A stretch of DNA of 64,000 bases, taken from assembly GCA_964371255.1 (NCBI GenBank), contig CAYJKV010000003.1:86901-150900 (forward strand). The letters are read 5' to 3'. This document shows, in pieces, positions 41,544-51,345 of the stretch; positions within the stretch are counted from its first letter, which is position 1, and each line of letters starts with the position of its first letter. Under the pieces are notes generated by a model, which worked only from the letters and a program-made list of their open reading frames with translations, did no database searches and was not told the origin of the DNA. The translations under genes and the position numbers were made by a program. This stretch comes from an uncultured Candidatus Saccharibacteria bacterium. Its GTDB lineage: Bacteria > Patescibacteriota > Andersenbacteria > UBA10190.

Positions 41544-41915
41544 ATGCTAATTGATTATTTAAATTGGCAATTTGTCGTGGGACCTAAGTGGCTGATGCTT
41601 CTGCTCTGGAACCTGGAACGTGCCAGCCTGCGTTTCTTTTCTATTAAGCTGATGTTCCGCACTTTGCTGGCCTACTGGCACAAAGACGCCATGGTTTTCT
41701 CCGGCGGTACGCTTAGTAAATACGCTACTATTCTGTTGTGGAATTTAATTTCCCGGCTCATTGGCTTTATTGTCCGGTCCGTTATTATTATTCTTTGGCT
41801 GCTGGTTCAGACTGTCTTTCTGCCCTTAGCCGGCACAATTCTGGTGCTGTTTGTCCTGTGGCCCATATTGCTGATCCTTGGCCTGGCGATTGGTTTGTCT
41901 TTATTCTTGGTTTGA
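41544..41915 (+). CDS. small polytopic membrane protein, hypothetical
   Basis: 3-4 predicted TM helices. Immediately upstream of the Clp-like gene. Confidence 0.4.
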   Translation: MLIDYLNWQFVVGPKWLMLLLWNLERASLRFFSIKLMFRTLLAYWHKDAMVFSGGTLSKYATILLWNLISRLIGFIVRSVIIILWLLVQTVFLPLAGTILVLFVLWPILLILGLAIGLSLFLV

Positions 41916-41921
41916 ACCCGT

Positions 41922-44396
41922 ATGAAATATCAATTCAATTTTGCTTTACAGCGGGGGCCCATCAAATCTTACTTAACACTAACCTCAAATTTCTTTACCC
42001 TCACGCTCCTGGTGCTGGGTTTGGCCACGATCGTTAGCTGGTCAGTTCTGGTATTTTTCGCCACCTCTCAATTGCTAGTTGGCTTCACCGTTATCATTAC
42101 TGCCGTCATCGCCGGTCTATTCAATGTGTGGGTGTTTGCCAAAACCTATTATCCTAATTTACCCGTATCCGCCACTATCCCGTCAGTCCAGGGCAAGTCG
42201 TCAATTAATTTTCCGCACCTGATCACTTTTGATTTTCTCTTAATTCTATATATGGGTACGGGTTTTAAGACCAATCAGGCCAACCTGGCGTCGGCCATTC
42301 AGGGACTCATCGCCTCATCCGCTAATACTTATTTCTTAAGCCGCTTACAGATCAACAAAGCCAAACTATATGACGCTATCGCGACTGATCTTCTGCCGAA
42401 ACTAACTTGGTCAGATTTTGCTAGTCGTGCTTTTAAGGTCGCACATAAACTCAAAGCTGATCACATTGAGCCGGTCCACGCTTTAGCCGGCCTGCTGATG
42501 CACCCGGCGATAAAAACACGCTTGCGATTGGTTGATCTGGTTGAGACAGATATATTATTCGCTGCCTGGTGGCAAACCGAACTGCGTCGGGTCAGGGAAT
42601 TTAAACGGCGTTGGTGGGACGAACAAAGAATGCTGGCTTTCTCTGGTGTCGGCTTGTCTTGGGCGTCAGGCTTTACGCCATTCGTCGATCGTTTTACGCG
42701 CTTGCCGCATGGCAGTTCCTGGGATAGCGTCTTATACGGACATGAAGGAAAAGTAACCGATATCATAAATACGCTCGCCCGACAACGTCAAAGCAATGTT
42801 TTATTGGTTGGCGACCCTGGAGTAGGGCGTTTAGGCATCATTCGGCAACTAGCTTGGCTCATTCGCACCTCACAAGCGCACGCCGCTCTCATTGGCCAGC
42901 GTGTCCTCTATGTCAACGCCGGAGAATTGATAGCTCAGGGTACAACCGGCGCCAGCCAGATGTCTTTGATCAGCCGCGCCTTAAACGAAATGGAGCGAGC
43001 CGGTAATATTATTGTCATTATCGACGGCCTGAGCGCAGTTTTAGGTGAGGCGGGTGAGCAGCGGGTTAATCTGACAGACATACTGTTGCCGTTTCTGGCC
43101 TCCGCCGCCGTCCGCGTCGTCGTGTTGACCGCCACTGATGATTATCATCTCCGTCTGAAATCTAATGAAGAAATTATCCAGTTTTTCGAAGTAGTCCAGC
43201 TGCCCAGTCTCTCTCCGGACGCAACCCTTCGCCGCCTGGCTTTAACCATTCCACAAATTGAACGCCACTCGCGTTTATTCATTCCGTATCGGACGATCCG
43301 TGCCCTCGTCGAAGAGACTACTTCCATCCTACCTCATATTCCTTTTCCCGAACGAGCCTATGACTTCCTGGAGGAAGCGATTGTCCTGGCTCAAAATCGC
43401 CGCGATAATGTCTTGTTGCCTGAACACATCGAAGAAATCATTTCTCGAAAAATTGGCGTCAATTTAGGCCAGTTACGCGGCCGCGAAAGAGAACAGCTGC
43501 TTAACCTTGAAACCGTCATGCATCGCCGGATGGTTAATCAGGACAATGCCATTAAAACTCTCGCTCATGCTATGATCCGAGCCCGTACCGAAGTACGCAG
43601 CGTTAAACGGCCGATTGGTACCTTTTTATTCCTGGGACCGACCGGGGTAGGTAAAACAGAAACAGCTAAAACCTTAGCGGAATCATATTTCGGTAGCGAA
43701 AATCACATGATACGGTTAGACATGTCGGAATTCCAGGGCAGTGATAGCGTCAGCCGTTTAATCGGCGGCGCCAGCCAACCGGTTGGCCGGCTAACCTCAC
43801 TCATTGCCGATCATCCTTTTACTGTTCTGCTCTTGGATGAATTTGAAAAGGCCTCGCCCGAAGTCCATCAATTGTTCCTGCAGGTCTTTGACGAAGGCAA
43901 CCTGACCGACATCGCCGGACGCCAGTTTTCCTTCTTGCATTCTATCATTATTGCCACCAGCAACGCCGGGGCCGAACTTATCCGCCAGTCGGTCAAAGAC
44001 GGTAAGGTACCGGAAAAATTTGATCAAACACTCAGGGACTACATCCTGAGTCAAAACATTTTGCGACCTGAGCTACTTAATCGCTTCGATGCCGTCATTA
44101 CTTACTCACCGCTCAGCGCAGATCACATCCGACAGATAGCGACCTTAATGCTGCGCAGTTTGAATAAACGCTTAGATACCGAGCACGGTGTCACTATCGC
44201 CATCACGCCGGAGTTAATCGAGTTTTTGGTCTCTATCGGTTATCACCCTGAATTTGGTGCCCGGCCCATGAATCGGGCCATTCAAGACACTGTGGAATTT
44301 GCGGTTGCCCGTAAGATTCTGCAAGGCACGATTTCACCCGGCCAAAAAGTCACGCTCTTACCGGCCGAGTTAGCGAATCTTTCTGCTGGCGTTTAA
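41922..44396 (+). CDS. membrane-anchored Clp/Hsp100-family AAA+ ATPase with degenerate first nucleotide-binding domain
   Basis: N-terminal TM helices. D1 Walker A reads GDPGVGRLG (Lys replaced). D2 is intact: GPTGVGKTETAK, LLLDEFEKA, GARPMNRAIQ sensor-2 region. Confidence 0.75.
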   Translation: MKYQFNFALQRGPIKSYLTLTSNFFTLTLLVLGLATIVSWSVLVFFATSQLLVGFTVIITAVIAGLFNVWVFAKTYYPNLPVSATIPSVQGKSSINFPHLITFDFLLILYMGTGFKTNQANLASAIQGLIASSANTYFLSRLQINKAKLYDAIATDLLPKLTWSDFASRAFKVAHKLKADHIEPVHALAGLLMHPAIKTRLRLVDLVETDILFAAWWQTELRRVREFKRRWWDEQRMLAFSGVGLSWASGFTPFVDRFTRLPHGSSWDSVLYGHEGKVTDIINTLARQRQSNVLLVGDPGVGRLGIIRQLAWLIRTSQAHAALIGQRVLYVNAGELIAQGTTGASQMSLISRALNEMERAGNIIVIIDGLSAVLGEAGEQRVNLTDILLPFLASAAVRVVVLTATDDYHLRLKSNEEIIQFFEVVQLPSLSPDATLRRLALTIPQIERHSRLFIPYRTIRALVEETTSILPHIPFPERAYDFLEEAIVLAQNRRDNVLLPEHIEEIISRKIGVNLGQLRGREREQLLNLETVMHRRMVNQDNAIKTLAHAMIRARTEVRSVKRPIGTFLFLGPTGVGKTETAKTLAESYFGSENHMIRLDMSEFQGSDSVSRLIGGASQPVGRLTSLIADHPFTVLLLDEFEKASPEVHQLFLQVFDEGNLTDIAGRQFSFLHSIIIATSNAGAELIRQSVKDGKVPEKFDQTLRDYILSQNILRPELLNRFDAVITYSPLSADHIRQIATLMLRSLNKRLDTEHGVTIAITPELIEFLVSIGYHPEFGARPMNRAIQDTVEFAVARKILQGTISPGQKVTLLPAELANLSAGV

Positions 44397-44489
44397 GTGC
44401 GGAACTCCGCGGCCTCATGATCGTCGTTGGCGGTGCAATAAAATAAAATTACTGCCTAACCTGCCCCGCTGCACATTTGTCTCGCTTAA

Positions 44490-46772
44490 TTATTCCTCCA
44501 GTGATATGGATAAAACCTTCGTTCCATCCAGGACATACAGCTTTTTCTCGTCCGTGCTAACAGCGATATCTTTTGCAGACGACTCCTCGCCCAAGAATAT
44601 CTGTCGGATGAGATGGCCAACTGTGTCCCAAACAACTACCCGTTTATTAACTAAATCCAACACATATAAATGACGAAGGCTCTCATTAATGACTAAGGAC
44701 GACTGTTCCGACACCTTGGGTTCTACTTGTTCCATTTTAAACTCCACTTCTTCGCCCTTCAGCAGCTTTCTAATTATGCCGTCGCTATGCAAGGTATAAA
44801 CATAACCATCAACGCCCATATCAATCACGTTATTACGCGGGAAGGTCGCACTTGTTATCCATGGATTGCCTCCGCTATAGCCGCGCAGTGTTTTACTATA
44901 TCCGTAGATGTTATCCATCGTCCCGTCATACAAATAAATCCGGTTGCCGAACGTGGCTAGCGCAACCACCACACTTTGCTCTGACGGCAGTTGTACCTCT
45001 TGTTTCTGCAACACTTCAGTCTTGATGTCATAAAGGGCCAGGCCAGGTTCATCCGTTGCCAGCACTATGTTCTTATCAGCTTCCTGGGTTGCGCCTACTG
45101 TAAAAAAGCCAATGCCGCTCGTATTTTTACTAACTTTTTCGACCGTACCATTCTCTCCGACTCGCACGATTACATTACTGGCTGGATCGAAGCTATATAT
45201 GGCATCGTTGACAAAGAAGATTCTGGTAGGGGCCTGGTTGGTTATTACAGACCCTAAGTCACCAATGATAGTAGTGGCGTTAGGTGCCACTCTGGTTACC
45301 TTATCAAGTCTGTCCTGGACAGCGGTAATCCCATCCGCCAACTCAGTCACTTGGTCCTGATACAGACCTGACAACTTAATGCGATCGATAATTTGCTGAG
45401 CGTCTGCCAGCAACACCCGGGCCTGCTCTCTGTTGTCATAAATTAACGCAGTCTCAGCCGCTCCTTTTTTTGTTCTCGCCTCATGTAAAAACTCGCTCGC
45501 TTGTTGAATTTGTTCATCGGCCGCTCTTTTTTGTTGCAATAAAACCACGCTAATTCCTAATAAAATGGTCAGCAATATAGCCGTAACACCAAAAATTTTG
45601 CTGCTGCGCGGTAATTTATTAATACCATTCATCATTGATCGTCCAATATTTTTCATCAAATCTTTCCCTCCGGCTGACCGCATTGTCAGCCCCGGCCTGT
45701 TGCCGCCGCCAGCATTACCCAAACTCTTTTTGAACTTCTTGTTAGTGAAGGACTGCACGCCGCGGCCGGCCGTTTTAGATACCTGAAAGATAGCCCTGCC
45801 ACTGCGTCGCGAACCCTCCTTCACGTATGGCCAAATGACTTGTTGTATCTTTTGTCCGCTATACACCGCTATCCGGCCGATCAACAAAAATACCTTTTTA
45901 CCGATGGATCGGCTAATTATCAAAGGCTTACGAGGTGTTAAACCAGTGACAGAAAGGGGCTGGCGATTAGCAGCCGTCGAAACAGTTCGTCGATGTCCTC
46001 GGGACTGGTCCGGTGACATCGCAATTACTAAGGCCGCCACTGGTTGGGGTCGCTTCTGATCTTCTGACAATTGGCGTAGTTGCATCGCAATCGTCTCGCC
46101 GGTTTGATCAGCTACAAAACGTACCAGATCCTCGCTGCGAAACACCTGATCAAAGTTGCTTGTGCCAACAAAAATAATATCTCGTTCATTAACTAGACCG
46201 CTCGCTACTGATGAAAAGGTACGCAGAGGATCAAGAATAGGGGAATGAGACAAGCCGGCGGATAATAATGTCAGTTTTTGCGCGCGGGATAATAAAACAA
46301 TACCCTCTCCAGCCGTACTGACATGCAGCGTGAGATGCGGTGCCTCATGGCTTTCCCCCGATTGCTTATTAGACTCAGCCAGCGCACCCACCGCCACATG
46401 AAATGATCCCATCCACTCCCGCACTCCTTGCTCCACCAAGTCATGTAAAATCAGATTGGCTTGATGCAGAGAGGACTCGAAACTTGCCAGCACTCCTCGG
46501 GCCGGGTCGCGATAATATTCGCGTTGCAAGGCCTGGATAACAGTATCAATGATTTCTTTGCCGGCGTGGTCCAATTTTTCTGTCTCAGCGGCCGCGTATA
46601 ACCAGCCTAATTTGACCTCGCCGCCGGCGGGTTCAAAAATAAACGTGTCGCCCACGGCGCGCGAACCATCAAACATTACCAATTCATCAGCATCTGGTAT
46701 CATAGTTGTCATTATAGAAGCTGCGCGACAATTTATAAAACCTCTTATTGCTTTTGCTTTTCTGTTAAGCAT
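44490..46772 (-). CDS. large hypothetical protein: cytoplasmic N-domain, central TM helix, C-terminal beta-propeller-like repeats
   Basis: 760-aa ORF. TM segment IFGVTAILLTILLGISVVLL. Repeated hydrophobic/aromatic blades in the C-terminal third. No confident family assignment. Confidence 0.55.
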   Translation of the reverse strand: MLNRKAKAIRGFINCRAASIMTTMIPDADELVMFDGSRAVGDTFIFEPAGGEVKLGWLYAAAETEKLDHAGKEIIDTVIQALQREYYRDPARGVLASFESSLHQANLILHDLVEQGVREWMGSFHVAVGALAESNKQSGESHEAPHLTLHVSTAGEGIVLLSRAQKLTLLSAGLSHSPILDPLRTFSSVASGLVNERDIIFVGTSNFDQVFRSEDLVRFVADQTGETIAMQLRQLSEDQKRPQPVAALVIAMSPDQSRGHRRTVSTAANRQPLSVTGLTPRKPLIISRSIGKKVFLLIGRIAVYSGQKIQQVIWPYVKEGSRRSGRAIFQVSKTAGRGVQSFTNKKFKKSLGNAGGGNRPGLTMRSAGGKDLMKNIGRSMMNGINKLPRSSKIFGVTAILLTILLGISVVLLQQKRAADEQIQQASEFLHEARTKKGAAETALIYDNREQARVLLADAQQIIDRIKLSGLYQDQVTELADGITAVQDRLDKVTRVAPNATTIIGDLGSVITNQAPTRIFFVNDAIYSFDPASNVIVRVGENGTVEKVSKNTSGIGFFTVGATQEADKNIVLATDEPGLALYDIKTEVLQKQEVQLPSEQSVVVALATFGNRIYLYDGTMDNIYGYSKTLRGYSGGNPWITSATFPRNNVIDMGVDGYVYTLHSDGIIRKLLKGEEVEFKMEQVEPKVSEQSSLVINESLRHLYVLDLVNKRVVVWDTVGHLIRQIFLGEESSAKDIAVSTDEKKLYVLDGTKVLSISLEE

Positions 46773-46825
46773 CAGCCATATTTGAAAGAATGTATGTCTA
46801 CCTTACTTCTACACCTATCTACTAG

Positions 46826-47485
46826 TTGCAGCCTAATAGCTTTGTGTTAAGCTATCATTTTATGTCCATCAAATCATTTCCCCTGGAAAAACTATTTGGC
46901 TCTCGCACACGCGTCAAAGTTATTACTCTCTTTACTACCGGTATCAGCCGGCCCTACTATGTCCGCGAGATATCCCGTGCTGTCAACGAACGCTTAAATG
47001 CCGTCCGGCGCGAACTGGACATCTTAATGAAAATTGGGATGCTCAACTCTTATGAAAGCAAGCGCCGAAAATACTACACCCTCAAGCCGGATTTTGTTTT
47101 AAACAAGGAACTTACTTCCATCATGGCCAAAGCAGGACCGCCGATCGAAGACAGCTTGTTCAAAAACATCGATAAACTGGGCGATGTACAGTTTGCCTGC
47201 GCCACTGGCGTCTTTACTCACGCCGAGAACTCCCCGACTGATCTGTTTATAATTGGCACTGTTGATGAACAAAAATTGAAATATTTTGCTCGTTTGATCG
47301 AGCATCAGATTGGTCATGAAATTACATATACGCCTATCACACTTAACGAATATCGTTACCGCCGTAACTTTAATGACATGTTTTTGCGGCAAATATTTTC
47401 CGAGCCATACACTGTCATTCTCAACCGCTTAGACAGTGACCTCCAGCCAGAATCTAAGATGAAACTTCAGGCGGCCCTCGTTTAG
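46826..47485 (+). CDS. hypothetical protein, possible winged-helix N-terminus
   Basis: RVKVITLF...ISRPYYVREISRAVNERLNAVRRELDILMKIGML resembles a wHTH. Start could instead be the ATG at 46862. Confidence 0.45.
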   Translation: MQPNSFVLSYHFMSIKSFPLEKLFGSRTRVKVITLFTTGISRPYYVREISRAVNERLNAVRRELDILMKIGMLNSYESKRRKYYTLKPDFVLNKELTSIMAKAGPPIEDSLFKNIDKLGDVQFACATGVFTHAENSPTDLFIIGTVDEQKLKYFARLIEHQIGHEITYTPITLNEYRYRRNFNDMFLRQIFSEPYTVILNRLDSDLQPESKMKLQAALV

Positions 47486-47641
47486 TATCAATTCTTCCCA
47501 GGATTCGCTCATATCAGTGTCCATTCGTCAGCCTAACGCCTTTTGGCTGCTTAACTAGACTTGCTGAGCGTAAATCGGTATAAATACTACCAAGGATAAC
47601 AGTTAGCCAGGGGAAGTGATTGTCCAATCCACCTATCCAAC

Positions 47642-47716
47642 GGGTGCATAGCTCAGCGGCAGAGCGCTACGTTCACATCGTAGAGGCCGAAAGTTCGATC
47701 CTTTCTGCACCCACCA
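47642..47716 (+). tRNA. tRNA-Val (CAC), CCA encoded
   Basis: Manual fold: acceptor GGGTGCA/TGCACCC, anticodon stem CTACG/CGTAG, loop TTCACAT, T-arm GAAAG-TTCGATC-CTTTC. Ends ACCA. Confidence 0.8.
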
Positions 47717-47774
47717 CGCGTTGATTGCTCCGCGCAAAGAAAAATTATCTTTATTCTATTATCTATGATCTCGC

Positions 47775-48425
47775 TTGTGCCCCGCCATCTTTCCCAGCTA
47801 TTCTGACCACATGAGAGATCCCTCTGAAATATATACGCGGCAGGGGACACCGGTCATCGTTGTGGCGACCCGGCTAGCCTACACCCTCTATTTTATGTTT
47901 GCCTTATGGACGCTGAGGTCTAATCACTTTCCCTATTCGCATCTCGAATTCGTGTGGTTGGTATACCTGCTGGGTCTTTATCTCGTCGCTGAAAAAATCT
48001 ATGCCTTGTTCCTGCGGCAGGGGATTGATTTAACATTTTCTTTCCCGCTTTTATTTTTTATCTATTGTCTCAGTTTAGTGGGGCTGACATTGGGTGGGCA
48101 GGATCGTCTGCCGCTGCTCAATCGTGCCGAGCATTTTGCCAGCTTTGTCCTGCTGGCGTTTATCGTCTGGGTTTTTTTTACCAAATATTTACCGCAAAAC
48201 GTCTGGCACGATCACCCCTATTACACTAGCTTGTTAGTGCTAGCCGTCACTTCTCTGCTGGGCGTCGGTAATGAACTGGTGGAGTTAATGATGGATAGTC
48301 TCTTTCACACAAAATTAGTTGGTGCCCACCTGGATACATCGCTTGATCTGTTAATGAACAGTCTCGGCAGCAGTCTTTACCTGGCCGTCCGTCAAGTATT
48401 ACGCTCAACCTCCGCCACTTCTTGA
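47775..48425 (+). CDS. polytopic membrane protein, hypothetical
   Basis: 5-6 predicted TM helices. No motif recognised. Confidence 0.5.
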   Translation: MCPAIFPSYSDHMRDPSEIYTRQGTPVIVVATRLAYTLYFMFALWTLRSNHFPYSHLEFVWLVYLLGLYLVAEKIYALFLRQGIDLTFSFPLLFFIYCLSLVGLTLGGQDRLPLLNRAEHFASFVLLAFIVWVFFTKYLPQNVWHDHPYYTSLLVLAVTSLLGVGNELVELMMDSLFHTKLVGAHLDTSLDLLMNSLGSSLYLAVRQVLRSTSATS

Positions 48426-48440
48426 TATAATTGCCATTCA

Positions 48441-49055
48441 TTGCCCAGCATGCGCCATTATTTAAGACATTTTCTGTTTAGCCTTGTTGCTCTTGTCATC
48501 TTTGCCGCTGGCCTTGGGTTGGGTGCTTATTATCATACGGAAATCTTAGTTCTGTGGCTCAACTACTCTCCGACCGTCGAGCCTGTGCCTGCTGCCACTC
48601 CGCCGCCCATTGATCTGACGGTCTCCTCGGTCATTAACCTGCCCACTCTTTCTGACCCGCTCCCGCTCATCTACGGCGATACACTCGATGAGGCCACCAT
48701 TCAACAACAGCTTAAACAAGGCGCGGTCGTGCTTCCTCTTGGTACTTCTTTTGGTGATCCGGGCAACATCGTTGTTACAGCGCACAGCAGCGGTACGGAA
48801 GCGTTCGGACCATATCGATTTGCCTTTGCACAATTATCTGAGTTAACGGTCGGTTCATCCTATTCAGTTACTACGCCCACAGCAAAATATAATTATCGCG
48901 TCTATGCCAAGGAAATTGTTTGGCCGCATGAGGTTGATAAATTACCTCAAGATGACCGGTCCACTGTTACTCTGGTCACCTGTTGGCCGCTCTGGACAAA
49001 TTTTCAGCGTTTGCTCGTCCATTCCGAGCTGATAGGCGTCGAATACAATCTATAG
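48441..49055 (+). CDS. sortase-family transpeptidase (second copy)
   Basis: N-terminal TM. VVTAHSSG His region. TLVTCWP catalytic Cys motif. Confidence 0.7.
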   Translation: MPSMRHYLRHFLFSLVALVIFAAGLGLGAYYHTEILVLWLNYSPTVEPVPAATPPPIDLTVSSVINLPTLSDPLPLIYGDTLDEATIQQQLKQGAVVLPLGTSFGDPGNIVVTAHSSGTEAFGPYRFAFAQLSELTVGSSYSVTTPTAKYNYRVYAKEIVWPHEVDKLPQDDRSTVTLVTCWPLWTNFQRLLVHSELIGVEYNL

Positions 49056-49321
49056 CGCAATAATCATCATCTGACATAGAAAAAAGACTATCTTGTGGAT
49101 AAATGGCCACCGGGGGTGTTGTGTTGTGGGTTAAGGCGTTGTATTGTGGAAGTGCGTGGAAAACAGTGGGGAAAAGTGGGGCACCCCTGTGGAAAAGGCA
49201 ATCTATAGGGGTGTCCCACTTTTTTTACCCGCAAACATCCTGATCTTTGACAAACACAAAAACGCGACCATCTTTGTGGCTATAGCAGTAGAGCCATAAT
49301 CCCAACCATTTATTTCCCACT

Positions 49322-49750
49322 ATGTTTTTTGGCGAACATTCACACACCATCGACAGTAAAGGCCGGGTCAGCATTCCGGCCAAATACCGCGAGCAATTAT
49401 CAGATTTAGTTATTACCCGCGGCCTGGACCATTGTTTATGGGTCTATACCAAACCAGAATGGGACAAAATCGCTCAACGATTATCTGCCTTACCTATCAG
49501 TCAGGCAAAAAGCCGCGCTTTCTCTCGGCTCATGTTAGCGGGTGCTTGGGACGCCCAACTTGATTCGCTGGGCCGTATTCTTCTGCCGGAATATCTCCGA
49601 CAGTACGCTTCATTAAGCAAGCACGTCATCATCGCCGGTGTCTATAATCGTCTGGAAGTCTGGGATGAGGATCGTTGGCAGAGCTACAGCGCCCAAACCC
49701 AAACTGATAGTGATGACATAGCGGAAAGCATGTCGGAGCTGGGCATCTAA
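49322..49750 (+). CDS. mraZ: transcriptional regulator MraZ
   Basis: MFFGEHSHTIDSKGRVSIPAKYR... duplicated MraZ fold. Heads the cell-division cluster. Confidence 0.85.
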   Translation: MFFGEHSHTIDSKGRVSIPAKYREQLSDLVITRGLDHCLWVYTKPEWDKIAQRLSALPISQAKSRAFSRLMLAGAWDAQLDSLGRILLPEYLRQYASLSKHVIIAGVYNRLEVWDEDRWQSYSAQTQTDSDDIAESMSELGI

Positions 49751-49760
49751 TTCAACGAAA

Positions 49761-50783
49761 ATGCTTTATCGTCCACATGTTCCGGTGTTAACCGACGTCA
49801 TCATCGACTTATTTCGACCTGCCTCTCAGGATTCATTGCTTGATGCGACCCTCGGGACCGGCGGCCACACCAAAGCCTATTTAATGGCCAGCGAGCCCGG
49901 TGGCACAGTTGTTGGTCTTGACTCTGATCCCAGAGCCATCGCTGCGGCGCAGCACTATTTATTCAATTACCTTGATCGCGTTAAGTTCATCAATACTAAC
50001 TTTGCGTTTCTTAAGGATTCAATCGTGGGGGGAGGAATTCTTACGAGCGCGGGCGGCAACGTTATTAGTACCGGCCTCAAGCCAGTACTAAAAGGTCAAG
50101 CTGCCATCGCTCCCAATAATACTTCCAACAGTTTGTTCACTCACATTTTATTCGATCTTGGCCTTGGTTCTCATCAGCTGGATGATCCTGCCGCGGGCTT
50201 TTCGTTTCAAAGCGACGGTCCTTTAAATATGAAATTTGGTGCGGACAGTCCGTTGCCTGACTCCTCGTTTCAAGCCGTTAATTACGCGACGCAGCGCTTA
50301 GGACATCATCCCAACGCGTACGAATTAATCAGCCAGTTATCTGTGCCGGAATTAACTCTCCTCCTTCATACTCTGGGCGAGGAAAGATATGCCGGACGGA
50401 TTGCGCAGGCGATTAAACGCCGGATCCCAGCCACCACCCACGAGCTGGCGGCCACTGTCCAGCAGGCAGTCCCTGCCAGCTACGAACATGGCCGTATCAA
50501 TCCTGCGACCAGGACCTTCCAGGCATTACGCTTGGCCGTCAATCGTGAATTAGAAGCTTTGGCCGTCGCGCTGCCTCAGGCCGCCGACTTGCTCCAAGCC
50601 AATGGCACGATTGCGGTGATCAGCTTTCATAGTTTAGAAGATAGGATTATTAAGCAATTCTTTCGTCAAAGTGAACTAAGCGTGGTCACAAAAAAGCCGC
50701 TGACGGCCACGCCTGAAGAAATTAAGCGCAACCCTCGCGCCCGTACGGCTAAACTAAGAGCCGCCCGCAAAACGCCGGGCTAG
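49761..50783 (+). CDS. rsmH: 16S rRNA (cytosine1402-N4)-methyltransferase
   Basis: HVPVLTDVIIDLF...DATLGTGGH SAM-binding N-terminus. Confidence 0.85.
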   Translation: MLYRPHVPVLTDVIIDLFRPASQDSLLDATLGTGGHTKAYLMASEPGGTVVGLDSDPRAIAAAQHYLFNYLDRVKFINTNFAFLKDSIVGGGILTSAGGNVISTGLKPVLKGQAAIAPNNTSNSLFTHILFDLGLGSHQLDDPAAGFSFQSDGPLNMKFGADSPLPDSSFQAVNYATQRLGHHPNAYELISQLSVPELTLLLHTLGEERYAGRIAQAIKRRIPATTHELAATVQQAVPASYEHGRINPATRTFQALRLAVNRELEALAVALPQAADLLQANGTIAVISFHSLEDRIIKQFFRQSELSVVTKKPLTATPEEIKRNPRARTAKLRAARKTPG

Positions 50784-50820
50784 CCAACATCATCAATTAA
50801 CAACTAACAAAAACCAACAC

Positions 50821-51243
50821 ATGACATCAATAAGCAACCAATTCGTCCGACCGCGCCGCCAGTTGAACCAGGCTGCCTGGCGTCAACCGCAGCATTGTCA
50901 AATCCGTCATTTCTCCGCCATTGCTAGTTGGCAAAGCGGCAGTATCAATTCAACCACTGTCTCCTTGGTCTTCGGTTTATTGATTATTATCAGTATTTCT
51001 TGCCTGGGCTTCTTCTATCTCGGACAAGTCCTAAACACCGCGTCACAGGGGTCTGATATCCAGCAGTTGGAAGAAAAAATTGTTGAGCTTAAAGAAAAAC
51101 AACGTCAGGTTGAACTGGAAGGCGCTCAGTTACGCTCCATTGATAATATTGAAAATCGCGTCCATGACTTAAACCTGGTTGCCACTAGCAAAGTAACGTT
51201 TCTTAATCCGGCTGTGGATAAAGTCGCTGCTTTAAATCGATAG
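50821..51243 (+). CDS. ftsL: FtsL-like cell-division protein (TM plus coiled coil)
   Basis: Position between rsmH and ftsI. Single TM followed by a coiled coil (LEEKIVELKEKQRQVELEGAQL). Confidence 0.5.
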   Translation: MTSISNQFVRPRRQLNQAAWRQPQHCQIRHFSAIASWQSGSINSTTVSLVFGLLIIISISCLGFFYLGQVLNTASQGSDIQQLEEKIVELKEKQRQVELEGAQLRSIDNIENRVHDLNLVATSKVTFLNPAVDKVAALNR

Positions 51244-51345
51244 GCTACCGCGCACCTTAAACTTTTTCGCGGTTGGATTCCTTTAAGTTACTTAACAATA
51301 ATTGCTTCATGCCTGACAGTTAGGCATACTTGTTGGAAAATTCTC

